Below, piece by piece: positions 29,952 through 40,643 of a DNA stretch of 64,000 nucleotides. The notes under the pieces are model-generated. The model did not search any database, was not told the DNA's origin, and saw only the letters and a list, made by a program, of their open reading frames with translations. Numbering within the stretch: position 1 is the stretch's first letter; every line of letters starts with the position of its first letter. The stretch comes from Acidobacteriota bacterium (lineage in GTDB: Bacteria > Acidobacteriota > UBA6911 > RPQK01 > JADFOI01), in contig OY760074.1 of NCBI GenBank assembly GCA_963663035.1, positions 1,472,001 through 1,536,000 on the forward strand, read 5' to 3'. The translations under genes and the position numbers were made by a program.

Positions 29952-31402
29952 GATTTCCCTTCAACCCCCCGGATTCGGAGAATTGGGAAGCGAAGCTCTT
30001 CTCTCTTATCCTGGCCTTTGGGGCACTGTTGAGGTTCTCCAACCTGGGACAGAGCCAGCTCTGGGTAGACGAGATCATACAACTGCAAACCTTCTCACAG
30101 GCAAGCTTCAGAGAAAGCCTTGCTGAGGTGACCAGGATCGTAGCTGCCACCCCCCTCGATTTTATGGTCCAACAGCTTTTCGTGACCATATTTGGTCAGT
30201 CAGAATTCGGTGCCAGGTTCCACGCAGCCCTCTTTGGCAGCCTCTCCCTTCCCTTGCTCTATTTGATCGGCAAGAGATTCTTCTCGACTCAGGTCGCTCT
30301 TTTGGGAATGCTCCTTTTCGCCCTCTATCCTCTGCACCATCAATACTCTCAGGAGGGCCGCAACTATGCGCTTTTCTGTTTTTTATCCCTGTCCTGTTAC
30401 TACGTCCTTGCCCGGGCAGTGGGAAGCAGTAGGCCCGGCTGGTGGATCTTGTTTACTGTCGTGGCCACTCTCCTTCTGTATACCAATTACTTTGGAGGGG
30501 TCCTGTTGGTATCGCAGACTGCCTTCCTGCTTTGCCTCAGATCAGAACGAATCAGGCGTTCCCTGAACTTTCCACTCGGCGCTTCATGGCTACGGATTTT
30601 TCTGTTATTCCTGCTGTGTGGAGGCGCGGCTGCAGTCTCCTTTCTCCCCTGGTTGTTGACCACACTGGACAGGACAGTCTGGGACTCTGCAAACCTCTTC
30701 TCAGAGTTGGGGCTTTGGCTGCGCATCGTGAAAGAAATCAGCGGCAGCGGATACCCACTTTCTCTTTTGTTATTGGCGTTTTACGCACTTGGCCTTAAGC
30801 AACTTCTGAGCAGTAGACAGTGGGCGGGAGCGAGCTTGCTACTCGCTTGGTTCCTACTTCCCTTCCCCATCATCCTGTTTCTCGACTGGTCTCGCCAGTA
30901 CTTTTTCCCGATTCGCCAGTTGCTCTTTACAACACCGGCTTTATACCTTGGGCTTGCCGTCGGCATTTATCATTTGCCTCGCTTCTTTCGCAACCAGACA
31001 ACAGGTCAGAGAATCCGCCTCACAAGCCTCTTACTGATCGCCGCCCTGTCTGTCGGCACCATCTACACTCACGTGGGGAGAGAACAGGCAGACTGGAAGG
31101 GTCTGGCTGAATACATGAGGGAAAAGGTTGGAGGCGATGACCTCGTGTCCGCCCCCAGCACCTGGAACCTGATCTCCTACTATTATCCGGAAATGGTGGA
31201 CCGCAACCTGCACATCGAAGAGCTGGTCGAACCGCAAGAAGCCTCCCTGAACCGGCCGGAACAGAACATCTACTTGATCGAATCGATCTACATGACTGCC
31301 CAACAAAGCGAAATGGTCAACGATTTCCTGTCGGCTCACAGTGTGAGCCAGGTGCACCAACTGCCGGGTTTCAAGGTCCATCACTTGAAGGAAGTGCGAT
31401 GA
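29948..31402 (+). CDS. GT-C fold (GT39/PMT-like) membrane glycosyltransferase
   Basis: SQLWVDE, YSQEGRNYAL, many TM helices; ATGA-coupled to the upstream gene. Confidence 0.85.
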   Translation: MRFPFNPPDSENWEAKLFSLILAFGALLRFSNLGQSQLWVDEIIQLQTFSQASFRESLAEVTRIVAATPLDFMVQQLFVTIFGQSEFGARFHAALFGSLSLPLLYLIGKRFFSTQVALLGMLLFALYPLHHQYSQEGRNYALFCFLSLSCYYVLARAVGSSRPGWWILFTVVATLLLYTNYFGGVLLVSQTAFLLCLRSERIRRSLNFPLGASWLRIFLLFLLCGGAAAVSFLPWLLTTLDRTVWDSANLFSELGLWLRIVKEISGSGYPLSLLLLAFYALGLKQLLSSRQWAGASLLLAWFLLPFPIILFLDWSRQYFFPIRQLLFTTPALYLGLAVGIYHLPRFFRNQTTGQRIRLTSLLLIAALSVGTIYTHVGREQADWKGLAEYMREKVGGDDLVSAPSTWNLISYYYPEMVDRNLHIEELVEPQEASLNRPEQNIYLIESIYMTAQQSEMVNDFLSAHSVSQVHQLPGFKVHHLKEVR

Positions 31403-31419
31403 TGCCACTCCAGCCGTCT

Positions 31420-31497
31420 GGCCCGTGGGCTAAAGCCCACGGCTCTGACTACTTTGGGCTCAGCATCAACAGAGCCGTAGGCTTTAGCCTGCGGGCC
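31420..31497. repeat. Inverted REP pair (REPIN-like)
   Basis: GGCCCGTGGGCTAAAGCCCACGGCTCTG ... CAGAGCCGTAGGCTTTAGCCTGCGGGCC. Confidence 0.75.
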
Positions 31498-31638
31498 CAC
31501 TGTCGGTTTCCCGACATCCAGTAGCGGATTGTGCCAACCATCACCGTCACACTCTTTTGTTACCCATATCATTGAGCATTGGTTTCTCTACAAAAATCAT
31601 TGGGAAGTGGTTTGAATACTGGAAAGAGAGGGAAATGA

Positions 31639-32352
31639 ATGAAAAATATAATGAAAAAGAAATTCCTCGTGTTGCTTGGCTGCACGCTCCTGGTTGCCCT
31701 TGTGGCTATCCCCAACGCTCTCGGGAATCCCAATCCACGGGTGACGGTCCTCTTTGGAGGCTCATTTTTAAATGGGGAGCGAGCCTTTGATATCAGTGGT
31801 GATTCCTTTACCTCCAAATTCCTGAAGGGAGGCAAAACGCGCCTGCGGGGCAGTTTGGACCTCACTGAGCATTGGACTTTGGAAGGAGACTACAGCTTTG
31901 GTCATAATGACCAACGCATCACGGACCTGTCGGGAGTCACACCCGTCGAGACCGATTTCGGGGTCTCTGTGGGCCAGTTTCACTTCAACATGATACGCTT
32001 TTTAACCTCCTCGGAGAGCCGGATAAGGCCGCTCTTCAGTGTTAGCCTTGGAGCAACTCGCTTCAACCCCACGGATGAAGCCAAGGAGGCAGCTCTCAAT
32101 GACAATTTTCTGCGCGACCCGACCCAACTGGAGTCCTCGGTCCAGCTCAGTGTCGCTGTAGGAGGAGGGTTTGAGGCGCGCCTCAGTCGCTGGTTGGGAC
32201 TCCGCTTCGACGTCAAGGATTACATCAGTCCGATTCCGCGCTTTGGCCTGAGCGAAACATCTTCCGGTCAGGGAGGCGTCTTTTTCCCCATCAGTGGCGT
32301 GGTGCACAACATCGAGACTGAAGGGGGAATCATCTTCTATTTCTTGCCCTAG
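31639..32352 (+). CDS. Outer membrane beta-barrel protein
   Basis: Signal peptide, amphipathic strands (GGGFEARLSRWLGLRFDVKDY), aromatic C-terminus. Confidence 0.75.
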   Translation: MKNIMKKKFLVLLGCTLLVALVAIPNALGNPNPRVTVLFGGSFLNGERAFDISGDSFTSKFLKGGKTRLRGSLDLTEHWTLEGDYSFGHNDQRITDLSGVTPVETDFGVSVGQFHFNMIRFLTSSESRIRPLFSVSLGATRFNPTDEAKEAALNDNFLRDPTQLESSVQLSVAVGGGFEARLSRWLGLRFDVKDYISPIPRFGLSETSSGQGGVFFPISGVVHNIETEGGIIFYFLP

Positions 32353-32624
32353 TGTCTCGTCCCATGAATACCGTGACGTTTGTGGCGAGCGCGACGGCGT
32401 CGAGTTCGCGAAGCGACGACGACGCGATGCCAATGTGTATCGCGGAGGAGGAGCGACAAAGAAATTGATGCCGTCCCGCCGCCACCCTTCGGGCTGAAGG
32501 GGGTTGCGGGCGGTCTCTGCGTCGCTCGTCGTCGTCGATGTCCCTGCATCACCTCCTCCTCGCTCCTTGATCTCCCCTCGCAAGACCCTTCAGCAAACAT
32601 CTGGGTATACATGGGACGAGACAC
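32352..32624. mobile_element. Family A element, copy A2 (273 bp)
   Basis: Ends GTGTCTCGTCCCATG / CATGGGACGAGACAC, TA on both sides; left end overlaps the upstream TAG stop; core homologous to A1. Confidence 0.85.
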
Positions 32625-32811
32625 TACCCTCTGGTGATAGCAATCACAGTTTTCCTCCAGTTTGATGGGTACACTCTTGCCCAGTTATGGCTGTTTCTTC
32701 AGGGTCTGTCGGTTGGCGTTTTCGACAACCTTCAGGCCCCCTTCCCTTTCTAGAATTTCAGCAAAGCCTGGCCAGGCATGGAAAGCCTCGCCCCGCCCAA
32801 GGACATCTATC

Positions 32812-33297
32812 ATGAACAACAAATGCAGCTTGATCGACAAGTGCCTGTTCATTGGCATTTTTATTGGACTTCTTGCCCTGACTGGTGGTCCTCTTCACGC
32901 CCAGGGAAAGAACGGGCTGCGGGTGGGACTGAGTCTCGATCCCGACCAGGTCTATCTGGGTGGTCACATCGAAACCGGACCGCTCATGAAAAAACTGTGG
33001 TTTCGCCCAAGCCTGGAGGTAGGCATGGGAAGTGACCTAACTATCGTTGGAATCAACCTTGAGTTTGCCTACTGGCTACCGCTGGAGAACAGGATGTGGA
33101 AGGCTTATGCCGGCGCCGGTCCAGCCATTAACGTCTTTATCTTCGACACGGGCGGCCCTGGAGGGCGCACGAGTAATCTTGAACCAGGCTTCAACCTTCT
33201 CATGGCGCTGGCCCACCGCGACGGATTTTTCACGGAAGTAAAGCTCGGGGCGATGGACAGCCCAGACCTCAAACTCGGAATCGGGTATTCGTGGTGA
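32812..33297 (+). CDS. Small outer membrane beta-barrel protein
   Basis: Signal peptide ending LHA-Q, amphipathic strands, C-terminal GIGYSW. Confidence 0.7.
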   Translation: MNNKCSLIDKCLFIGIFIGLLALTGGPLHAQGKNGLRVGLSLDPDQVYLGGHIETGPLMKKLWFRPSLEVGMGSDLTIVGINLEFAYWLPLENRMWKAYAGAGPAINVFIFDTGGPGGRTSNLEPGFNLLMALAHRDGFFTEVKLGAMDSPDLKLGIGYSW

Positions 33298-33346
33298 TGA
33301 CGTCCGGACGGCAGCTCTCCCGAGCGCCCTTTTAGCCCTTCATAGT

Positions 33347-33583
33347 TAGGCCGCACTTCTCACACCCTCTCTACTGCATCGGCGCAATGATCCGACCTGA
33401 CTGCGTTGCACCTCGGTGTACTGAGACGTTTGCGGCGGCCTCGGTCGCGCGCCTTGGCAGGCCGGCCCTCGGTCGGCCTCCTCAACGTACTCAAGAGTAC
33501 GTTTGCGGCGGCCTCGGTCGCGCGCCTTGGCAGGCCGGCCCTTCCGCCGCTTCGCGACGACCTGGTGTGAGAAATGCGGCCTA
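33347..33583. mobile_element. Family B MITE-like element, copy B1
   Basis: 20-bp TIR TAGGCCGCAYTTCTCACACC; 13-bp direct repeat TAGCCCTTCATAG at 33333-33345 and 33582-33594; internal 44-bp duplication (33426-33469, 33499-33542). Confidence 0.8.
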
Positions 33584-33667
33584 GCCCTTCATAGAAATCT
33601 TCCCTAACTGACAAGATTGCGTAGCGTCTGCTTGTGAGGACCTATACTCTGCACAAGGAGACGCTTT

Positions 33668-34945
33668 TTGAGCTCAACTGCAACCCAGAGCCGCGGTCCA
33701 GTTGGCTACGGTGCGCTGATACGTGGCAATGCCAACTTTCGCAACCTGTGGCTCGGTCAGATCATCAGTCTGCTGGGCGATTGGTTCAACCTGATTGCCT
33801 CAGCCACCCTGATTGCAGAACTGAGCCAATCCGGCTTCGCCGTCGGGGGCCTCTTTGTCGTGCGCATGCTGGCCCCCTTTGTCGTTAGCCCCATTGCCGG
33901 GGTCGTAGCAGACCGCTATAACCGTAAGCATATCCTCATCCTGACCGATATTCTTCGGGCCATCATCGTTCTTGGCTTCTTCCTGGTGAGGGAACCTCAA
34001 CACATCTGGCTTCTGTACACTCTGACCGCCATCCAGCTTGCTTTGAGCGGATTCTTTTTCCCGACGCGAGGTGCCATCCTGCCCGAACTTGTTTCTCCCA
34101 GTGAGTTGGGTAGCGCCAACGCCCTCAGTGCCACTACCTGGTCCGTCATGCTGGCACTGGGTGCCGCTCTGGGCGGAATCGTCTCCGGAACGTGGGGCAT
34201 CTATCCAGCCTTTGCCATTGACGCCCTGACCTTTCTCCTCTCAGCCTTCTTCATCATCCAGATCGGGTACGACCTGCCAGGCCCCCTTGACGCATCAGAG
34301 ATGACCATCAGCTCGGCACTCCGCCAGTATCTGGACGGGTTGCGCTACCTGGGTCAACACGTCGACATTCTGGTGATCGCCCTGCAGAAAGCGCTTGCCG
34401 CCCTGTTCTTTACTTCCGGACTTCAGGTCATCCAGGTCGCTATTGCCCAGAGTATCTTTTCGATTGGCGAAGCCGGGGGAATCAGTCTTGGACTGATGTT
34501 CGCCATTGCTGGCGTGGGAACGGGTATCGGCCCCATTTTGGCCCGCCGCTTTACGGGAGACCGCAACCGGCCCCTGCGGGTAGCCATTCTTCTGGGATAT
34601 CTTTTGAGTACTCTGGGTATGGTCATCACTGCCCCCCTGTTCAACTTCGAAACGGTCCTCTTGGGAATCCTCCTGCGAGCCATTGGGGGCGGAATTCTCT
34701 GGGTGTTCTCAACCCAGCTTCTGCTGCAATTGGTGCCCAATCACCTTCGAGGCCGGGTCTTTTCTACCGAGTTTGCCATGTTTACCCTGATGAGCGCCGC
34801 CGGTGCCTCCCTTGCCGGTGGAGGTCTCGACTCATCACTGGGCATTAGCGGGACGCTCTGGTGGATGACCGGTCTCACCCTGATTCCCTGCGCCCTGTGG
34901 GCCCTCTGGTTCCAAGCCCGGCTTCTGCAGAGGTTCTCGTCATGA
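33668..34945 (+). CDS. MFS transporter (DHA3-like)
   Basis: NFRNLWLGQIISLLGDW, GVVADRYNRK, VPNHLRGRVFS. Confidence 0.92.
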   Translation: MSSTATQSRGPVGYGALIRGNANFRNLWLGQIISLLGDWFNLIASATLIAELSQSGFAVGGLFVVRMLAPFVVSPIAGVVADRYNRKHILILTDILRAIIVLGFFLVREPQHIWLLYTLTAIQLALSGFFFPTRGAILPELVSPSELGSANALSATTWSVMLALGAALGGIVSGTWGIYPAFAIDALTFLLSAFFIIQIGYDLPGPLDASEMTISSALRQYLDGLRYLGQHVDILVIALQKALAALFFTSGLQVIQVAIAQSIFSIGEAGGISLGLMFAIAGVGTGIGPILARRFTGDRNRPLRVAILLGYLLSTLGMVITAPLFNFETVLLGILLRAIGGGILWVFSTQLLLQLVPNHLRGRVFSTEFAMFTLMSAAGASLAGGGLDSSLGISGTLWWMTGLTLIPCALWALWFQARLLQRFSS

Positions 34946-35020
34946 GGCAATCTGAAAGTCCGAAGCTCCCAATTTTCTCGGCTGTAGATGCGTTTTCCTG
35001 CTATTATTTTCCGGTGGATC

Positions 35021-35845
35021 ATGGTCAAACAAAGCTCAGCTGAGCAGAAACTCACCGAACTTCTGGGTATGCCCCTGCAGGCCCTTCAGGAGGAGTTCAT
35101 CCTGGTGGCAGCAATGCAGCGGCAGATTATGCCGGACCCGGAACGGGTCGAGGTCTTCTGCGACTATGATATTCATGGAAAGACCCTGCCGACTGCCGTT
35201 GCCGGTGGAGACTTTTACGATTTTATTGATCTGAGCCGCTTCGACATCAAGGACAAAATGGGGATTGCGGTGGCAGACGCATCCGGGCACGCCATAGCAG
35301 CCACCATGCTGATCCGGGACTTCAACACCGCCCTCTACATGGGGATTTCTTTTCAGTCCTACTACGCCAAGGAAACAACTGATCTGCTCTTCACAAAGAT
35401 GAACCGCAGGATGTGCCGTTCCTCTCAGCACAACCAGTTCATTTCCTGTTTCTATGCAGAGTTGCAGAAAAAAGGAGTTCTCCGCTTCGTCAACGCCGGT
35501 CACCCCAGCCCCCTCCTCTTCAAAAGAGATCAGCTCATGACGCTGGATGTGGGTGGAGCCGTGCTGGGGGCTTTCAGGGAACCTCCGATGCCCTACCAGG
35601 TAGGTGAGGTGCGAATGGAACAGGATGACATCCTGGTCTGTTTCACAGACGGAATTCTAGAGACAGTCAACAACCAGGATGAGGAATTTGGACGGGAACG
35701 CATCATCGCAGTCGTCGAAAAGAACCGGCACCGCAAAGCCCTTGACCTTTTCAACCTCATCATGGAAGAGGTAGGAGAATTCAGTCAAGATCAGGATCTG
35801 GCAGATGACCAGACCCTCGTCGTGATCAAAAAAGGCTTGCCATGA
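35021..35845 (+). CDS. SpoIIE/RsbU-type PP2C phosphatase
   Basis: GGDFYDF, ADASGH, VNAGHP, FTDGILE, DDQTLVV. Confidence 0.92.
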   Translation: MVKQSSAEQKLTELLGMPLQALQEEFILVAAMQRQIMPDPERVEVFCDYDIHGKTLPTAVAGGDFYDFIDLSRFDIKDKMGIAVADASGHAIAATMLIRDFNTALYMGISFQSYYAKETTDLLFTKMNRRMCRSSQHNQFISCFYAELQKKGVLRFVNAGHPSPLLFKRDQLMTLDVGGAVLGAFREPPMPYQVGEVRMEQDDILVCFTDGILETVNNQDEEFGRERIIAVVEKNRHRKALDLFNLIMEEVGEFSQDQDLADDQTLVVIKKGLP

Positions 35846-37170
35846 AAGAAGGAACGACCTCACCGCCGCTGAGCAAAAGACAGGAGGTCAAGAGGGGACA
35901 CCAGGAGTTCATCTTCCCCTGTGCCTCAACCTATTATCAGGAACCGCTGGTCCTGGTGGAAGGGCGCGGCTCGATCGTGGTGGACTCGGAGGGGCGTGAA
36001 TTCCTCGACTTCTTCAGCGGAATTCTCACCACTTCACTGGGACACTGCCATCCGGAAGTTGTCGAGCGGGTCCGCCAACAGATGGGCGTGCTCGGGCACA
36101 CTTCGACGCTCTATCTCACCGAACATCAGGTGGAGACGGCGCGGCAGCTTGCCAACCTGGCCCCCGGGGCCCTCAAGCGATCATTCTTCACCAATAGCGG
36201 CACCGAAGCCGTGGAGACGGCCGTTCTGTTCGCCTGCTCCTATACGGGTAGAAGCGAAGTGATCGCCATGCGCTACGGTTATTCGGGGCGAAGCTTGCTG
36301 GGCACGAACCTGACCGGGAACGGTTTCTGGCGTCCCCTTCCCAGCTCAATTCCGGGGATCAAGCACGTGATATCACCCTATCCCTACCGCTGCCCCTTCC
36401 GCAGCCCCTGTGACGAAAGCTGCCTGGATGCCTTTGCCCGCGACCTGGAAGAGCTGATCCAGACCACCACCAGCGGCCGCCCGGCGGCCTTCATCGCCGA
36501 GACGATCCAGGGAGTGGGAGGCTATATCGTCCCGCCCCCGGGATACTTCCAGCGAACCATCGAGATCATTCACAAGTATGGGGGTCTCTTTATCTGTGAT
36601 GAGGTCCAGACGGGCTTCGGCCGCACCGGAGAGAAGTGGTTCGGAATTGAGCACTGGGATGTTGAGCCTGACATCATGGTTATGGCCAAGGGGATCGCCA
36701 ACGGCTTTCCTGTCGGTGCCACCATGACCCGCGATGAGATCGCAGAGGCCTGGGCAGCCAAGGGAATTTCCACCTTTGGCGGGAACCCGGTGGCCATGGC
36801 CGCAACCAGCGCCACGCTGGATGTGATGGTCAGGGAGGATACGCCTGGCCGTTCAGCCCGGCAAGGGAAACAACTCCGAGAAGGGCTGGACCTGCTTGGA
36901 GAGAAGTATGAGTGGATCGGAGAAGTGCGGGGCATGGGACTGATGCAGGCTCTCGAGCTGGTCGAGGATGGGGAGACCAAGGAAGCCAGCTCAGCTCTAG
37001 CCCAAGCACTGATGGAGGCCACCAAGGCCGAGGGACTCCTGATGGGTCTGGGTGGTTTGCAGGGACATGTGATTCGCCTGGGCCCGTCCATGTTGGTCAC
37101 GGAGGACGAGGTGGCAGATGCCCTGGAACGCCTCGGCCGAGCCTGCCGGAGCGTAGAGGAGGGCCGGTGA
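35842..37170 (+). CDS. Class III PLP aminotransferase
   Basis: FTNSGTEA, ETIQGVGG, DEVQTGFGRTG, MAKGIANG, STFGGNP. Confidence 0.95.
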   Translation: MKEGTTSPPLSKRQEVKRGHQEFIFPCASTYYQEPLVLVEGRGSIVVDSEGREFLDFFSGILTTSLGHCHPEVVERVRQQMGVLGHTSTLYLTEHQVETARQLANLAPGALKRSFFTNSGTEAVETAVLFACSYTGRSEVIAMRYGYSGRSLLGTNLTGNGFWRPLPSSIPGIKHVISPYPYRCPFRSPCDESCLDAFARDLEELIQTTTSGRPAAFIAETIQGVGGYIVPPPGYFQRTIEIIHKYGGLFICDEVQTGFGRTGEKWFGIEHWDVEPDIMVMAKGIANGFPVGATMTRDEIAEAWAAKGISTFGGNPVAMAATSATLDVMVREDTPGRSARQGKQLREGLDLLGEKYEWIGEVRGMGLMQALELVEDGETKEASSALAQALMEATKAEGLLMGLGGLQGHVIRLGPSMLVTEDEVADALERLGRACRSVEEGR

Positions 37171-37307
37171 TTGCTGGACTCCCCTGGACAGCCTGGCTCC
37201 TGTTGATTGCTGCAGTAGGACTGGGGCTCGTGGTGGAGTTGATTTTCTACTTCCGCCACCGTGGAAGGCGCACGCTGACGCCACCTGGCCGGGAGCAACC
37301 GGAGTGA
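37167..37307 (+). CDS. 46-aa single-pass membrane protein
   Basis: GTGA-coupled on both sides; MIAGLPWTAWLLLIAAVGLGLVVELIFYFRHR. Confidence 0.6.
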   Translation: MIAGLPWTAWLLLIAAVGLGLVVELIFYFRHRGRRTLTPPGREQPE

Positions 37308-38788
37308 GCCAGGGACCCACCATCATCACAGTTCTTGTCCTCTATTTGATGGTCCTCCTGGCCATTGGCTGGTGGGGACGTCGTGAGTCGGGGAGCATGG
37401 CCGGTTACTATGTGGCCGGGAAAAAGCTCCCTGGCTGGGTTATCGCCTTCAGCTCCAACGCCACCGGGGAGAGCGGGTGGCTGCTGCTCGGTCTCACCGG
37501 CATGGGGTATCTGGTGGGGATCCACGCCCTCTGGATCGTCTTGGGAGAAGTCCTGGGAGTGGCGCTCACTTGGGTGCTGGTGGCTCGTCCTTTCAAGGAA
37601 TACACAGACCGATACGCTTCCATCACCGTTCCCGATTATCTGGAGGCTCGATTCCGGGATTCGCAGCACGTGATCCGGGTCCTGAGTGTCCTGATCATCT
37701 TCACCATGGTGATTGCCTATACAGCTGCCCAGCTCACCGCATCCGGGAAAGCCTTCAGCTCGTTCCTGGGTACCAGCTATGGCACGGGTGTCTTGATTGG
37801 AACCGTGGTGATTCTCTTTTACACCACGGTGGGCGGCTACAAGGCAGTAGCTTACAGCGACCTGCTTCAGGGAATTCTCATGTTCCTGGGCCTGCTGAGC
37901 CTTCCTCTGGTGGGGATCGCTGCTGCGGGAGGCTGGACTTCCCTGATGTCGCAGCTCCAATCCACGGATCCCAACCTTTTGTTACCCATGGGCGAACTCG
38001 GGCTCTCCTTGGCAGGCGTGGTGAGTGCCCTCAGCTTTGCCAGCATTGGATTTGCCTTTCTGGGCGTCCCCCAGGTGCTCACCCGTTTTATCGCGGCACG
38101 GAACCAGGACCAGCTAGTGACCGGAAGCCTGCTGGCCGTGATTTGCATCATCGTCTTTGAAACCGGAGCGGTGTTCTCCGGAATGGCCGGCCGAGCCCTC
38201 TTTCCCAACCTGAGCGATCCGGAAACGATTCTGCCCACCATGAGCACGGAGCTTTTCCCCGCCCTCTTCGCTGCCATCTTCCTGGTGATCGTTCTGGCCG
38301 CCATCATGTCAACAGCCGATTCCCTTCTGATCCTGGCCTCCTCGGCCGTGGTTCGCGATGTGCTTCAGAAGATTATTGACCCCAATCTCTCCCAACAGCG
38401 CCTCTCCTTCTACGGTAAGCTCACCACCGTGGTCATTGGGGCGGGCGCTCTGGCTTTCGCGCTGGCTGAGGTGAGAGTGATTTTTTGGTTCGTGCTCTTT
38501 GCCTGGTCGGGGCTGGCTTCGGCCTTTACGCCCGTGATTGTGTGTTCCCTCTTTTGGAGAAGAACAACTCGGGCCGGAGCCATTGCAGGGATGGCAGGAG
38601 GCTTTCTGACCAGCGTCATCTGGCTGCTGGTGTTGAAGGAGTGGTCATACCATTTGTACGAGATGATACCAGGCCTCCTGGTGGGATTCGCCCTGACCCT
38701 GGGGGTGAGCCTGTTCACCGAAGCTCCCGAAGGGGCCGGGGAGGAGTTCGACGCGGTTCACCGTGCCTTGGACACTGGTGTGACTTGA
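37304..38788 (+). CDS. Sodium:solute symporter (PutP-like)
   Basis: ESGWLLLGL, GGYKAVAYSDLLQG, LAAIMSTADSLL. Confidence 0.92.
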   Translation: MSQGPTIITVLVLYLMVLLAIGWWGRRESGSMAGYYVAGKKLPGWVIAFSSNATGESGWLLLGLTGMGYLVGIHALWIVLGEVLGVALTWVLVARPFKEYTDRYASITVPDYLEARFRDSQHVIRVLSVLIIFTMVIAYTAAQLTASGKAFSSFLGTSYGTGVLIGTVVILFYTTVGGYKAVAYSDLLQGILMFLGLLSLPLVGIAAAGGWTSLMSQLQSTDPNLLLPMGELGLSLAGVVSALSFASIGFAFLGVPQVLTRFIAARNQDQLVTGSLLAVICIIVFETGAVFSGMAGRALFPNLSDPETILPTMSTELFPALFAAIFLVIVLAAIMSTADSLLILASSAVVRDVLQKIIDPNLSQQRLSFYGKLTTVVIGAGALAFALAEVRVIFWFVLFAWSGLASAFTPVIVCSLFWRRTTRAGAIAGMAGGFLTSVIWLLVLKEWSYHLYEMIPGLLVGFALTLGVSLFTEAPEGAGEEFDAVHRALDTGVT

Positions 38789-38813
38789 TAACTGGACAAT
38801 AGGAGGAAGACTC

Positions 38814-40623
38814 GTGCTAAAAGAGACAGTTCTTGGGTTTTTAGGCAGTTTTCTTACTCTGCTCCTCTCCATCAGCTGCGGGTCATCCACCCAACAGGGC
38901 TCATCCCAGGCAGTGATCTCGTTGGCACCCGCCTTCTCGGCGGAGGAGTTCAGCGCTACACCCAGGGACGGGTGGATGACCAATGGGGGCAGCGTCTTCA
39001 ACCAGCGATTTTCCCCTTTGACCCAAATCACACCAGAAAATGTGGGGAACCTCAAAGCGGTCTGGCGGGTTCACCTGGGTTCCGGCCTGGAAGCAAAGTA
39101 CTCCGGCGAGGCTCAGCCAATCGTTCACCAAGGGGTGATCTACATCGTCACCGGCGCTGATGAAGTCTCCGCTGTCGGAGTCAAGTCGGGTCAGGTGATC
39201 TGGACGTATAAAGCCAATCTGGACCCCTCGATTCACTCGGTCTGCTGTGGCTGGACCAGCCGGGGTTGGCACTGGGAGACGGAAAAGTCTATGTCGGTCA
39301 GCTGGATGGCCAGCTGGTGGCCCTGGATCAACAGACCGGAGAGCCCCTTTGGTCGACTCAGGTGGGCCGCTGGCAGGAGGGCTACACCATTACCAGTGCT
39401 CCGCTTTATTACGGGGGCCTGGTGATCACTGGCACAGCTGGTGGGGACCGAGGAGTCAGAGGCCACGTCACAGCCTACGATGCCAAAAACGGCCAGCAGG
39501 TGTGGAGATTTTACACCATACCCGGTCCGGGCGAGATGGGTCATGACAGCTGGCCCCAGGACTCGGAGGCGTGGAAAAAGGGCGGGGCGGCGGTCTGGCA
39601 CGCACCTGCCGTAGATCCTGAATTGGGGTTGCTCTACTTCTCTACCAGCAATCCGGGTCCAGATTTCAACGGGAGCGTCAGGGCCGGTGACAACCTCTTC
39701 TCCTCCTCCATCCTGGCCATCGAGGTCACGACCGGAAAATATCGATGGCACTTCCAGGAAGTCCACCATGATCTCTGGGACTATGACGCCTCCAATCCAG
39801 TGGTTCTGTTTAACCTGGAGATCGATGGAGTGATGCGCCAGGCGGCTGCCCACGCAGGGAAGACCGGCTGGGTCTATATCCTGGATCGGATCAACGGAGA
39901 GCCCTTGCTGGGAATTGAGGAACGGCCCGTCCTCCAGGAACCGCGGCAAATAACCTCTCCCACCCAACCCTATCCCCAAGGGGACGCTTTCGTGCCCCAG
40001 GAGGTGACCGAGCCGGTTGAGGGATACACTCTGGTGAACCAGGGCCGCATTTTCACTCCTTTCTGGACAGAAAGTATACTGGGCAGACCCGCCTCCCGGG
40101 GAGGGGCAAATTGGCCACCCAGTTCTTATGACCCTTCAACCCACACTCTCTTTCTGTGCGCAAGTGATCGGATCTCCATATTCACAGGTGGCGAAAATGA
40201 TATGGAGGTGCTCCCCCCCCCCCGGGTGAGAGCTATATCGGCAGCAGCTTTGGCAGCAGTCCGGTGCAGCCTGAGTTCCCGGGAATTTTTGCTGCCATGG
40301 ATATGCAGACAAACCGTCTTGTCTGGCAGCAAAAATGGACAGAGTATTGTTACAGCGGATCGGTGGTGACGGCCAGTGGCCTGGTCTTTGTGGGTAGGAG
40401 TGACGGTAGATTTCTCGCCCTTCAGGCCAGCAATGACCGACAGGTGTGGGAGTTTCAGACCGATGCCGGAGTGAACGCGCCAGCAACCGTCTTCGAACAG
40501 GACGATCAGCAATACATCACGGTTCTATCGGCAGGAAATCTCTTTGGGAACGGCCCACGTGGAGACAGCCTGTGGCTGTTTTCCCTGCAAGGGACACTGG
40601 GCCCCACCGAGCCACCCCAGTAG
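38814..40623 (+). pseudogene. PQQ-dependent alcohol dehydrogenase-like lipoprotein, split by two frameshifts
   Basis: RFSPLTQITPENV, VCCG, HHDLWDYD, GGANWPPSSYDP across three ORFs; shifts near 39265 and at C11 run 40213-40223. Confidence 0.8.
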
Positions 40624-40643
40624 GACTGATCAATCGACCCGTC

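Noticed and set aside
33426-33542. 44-bp direct repeats as a possible CRISPR array
   Set aside because: Only two units, inside a TIR-bounded element, with no cas genes.
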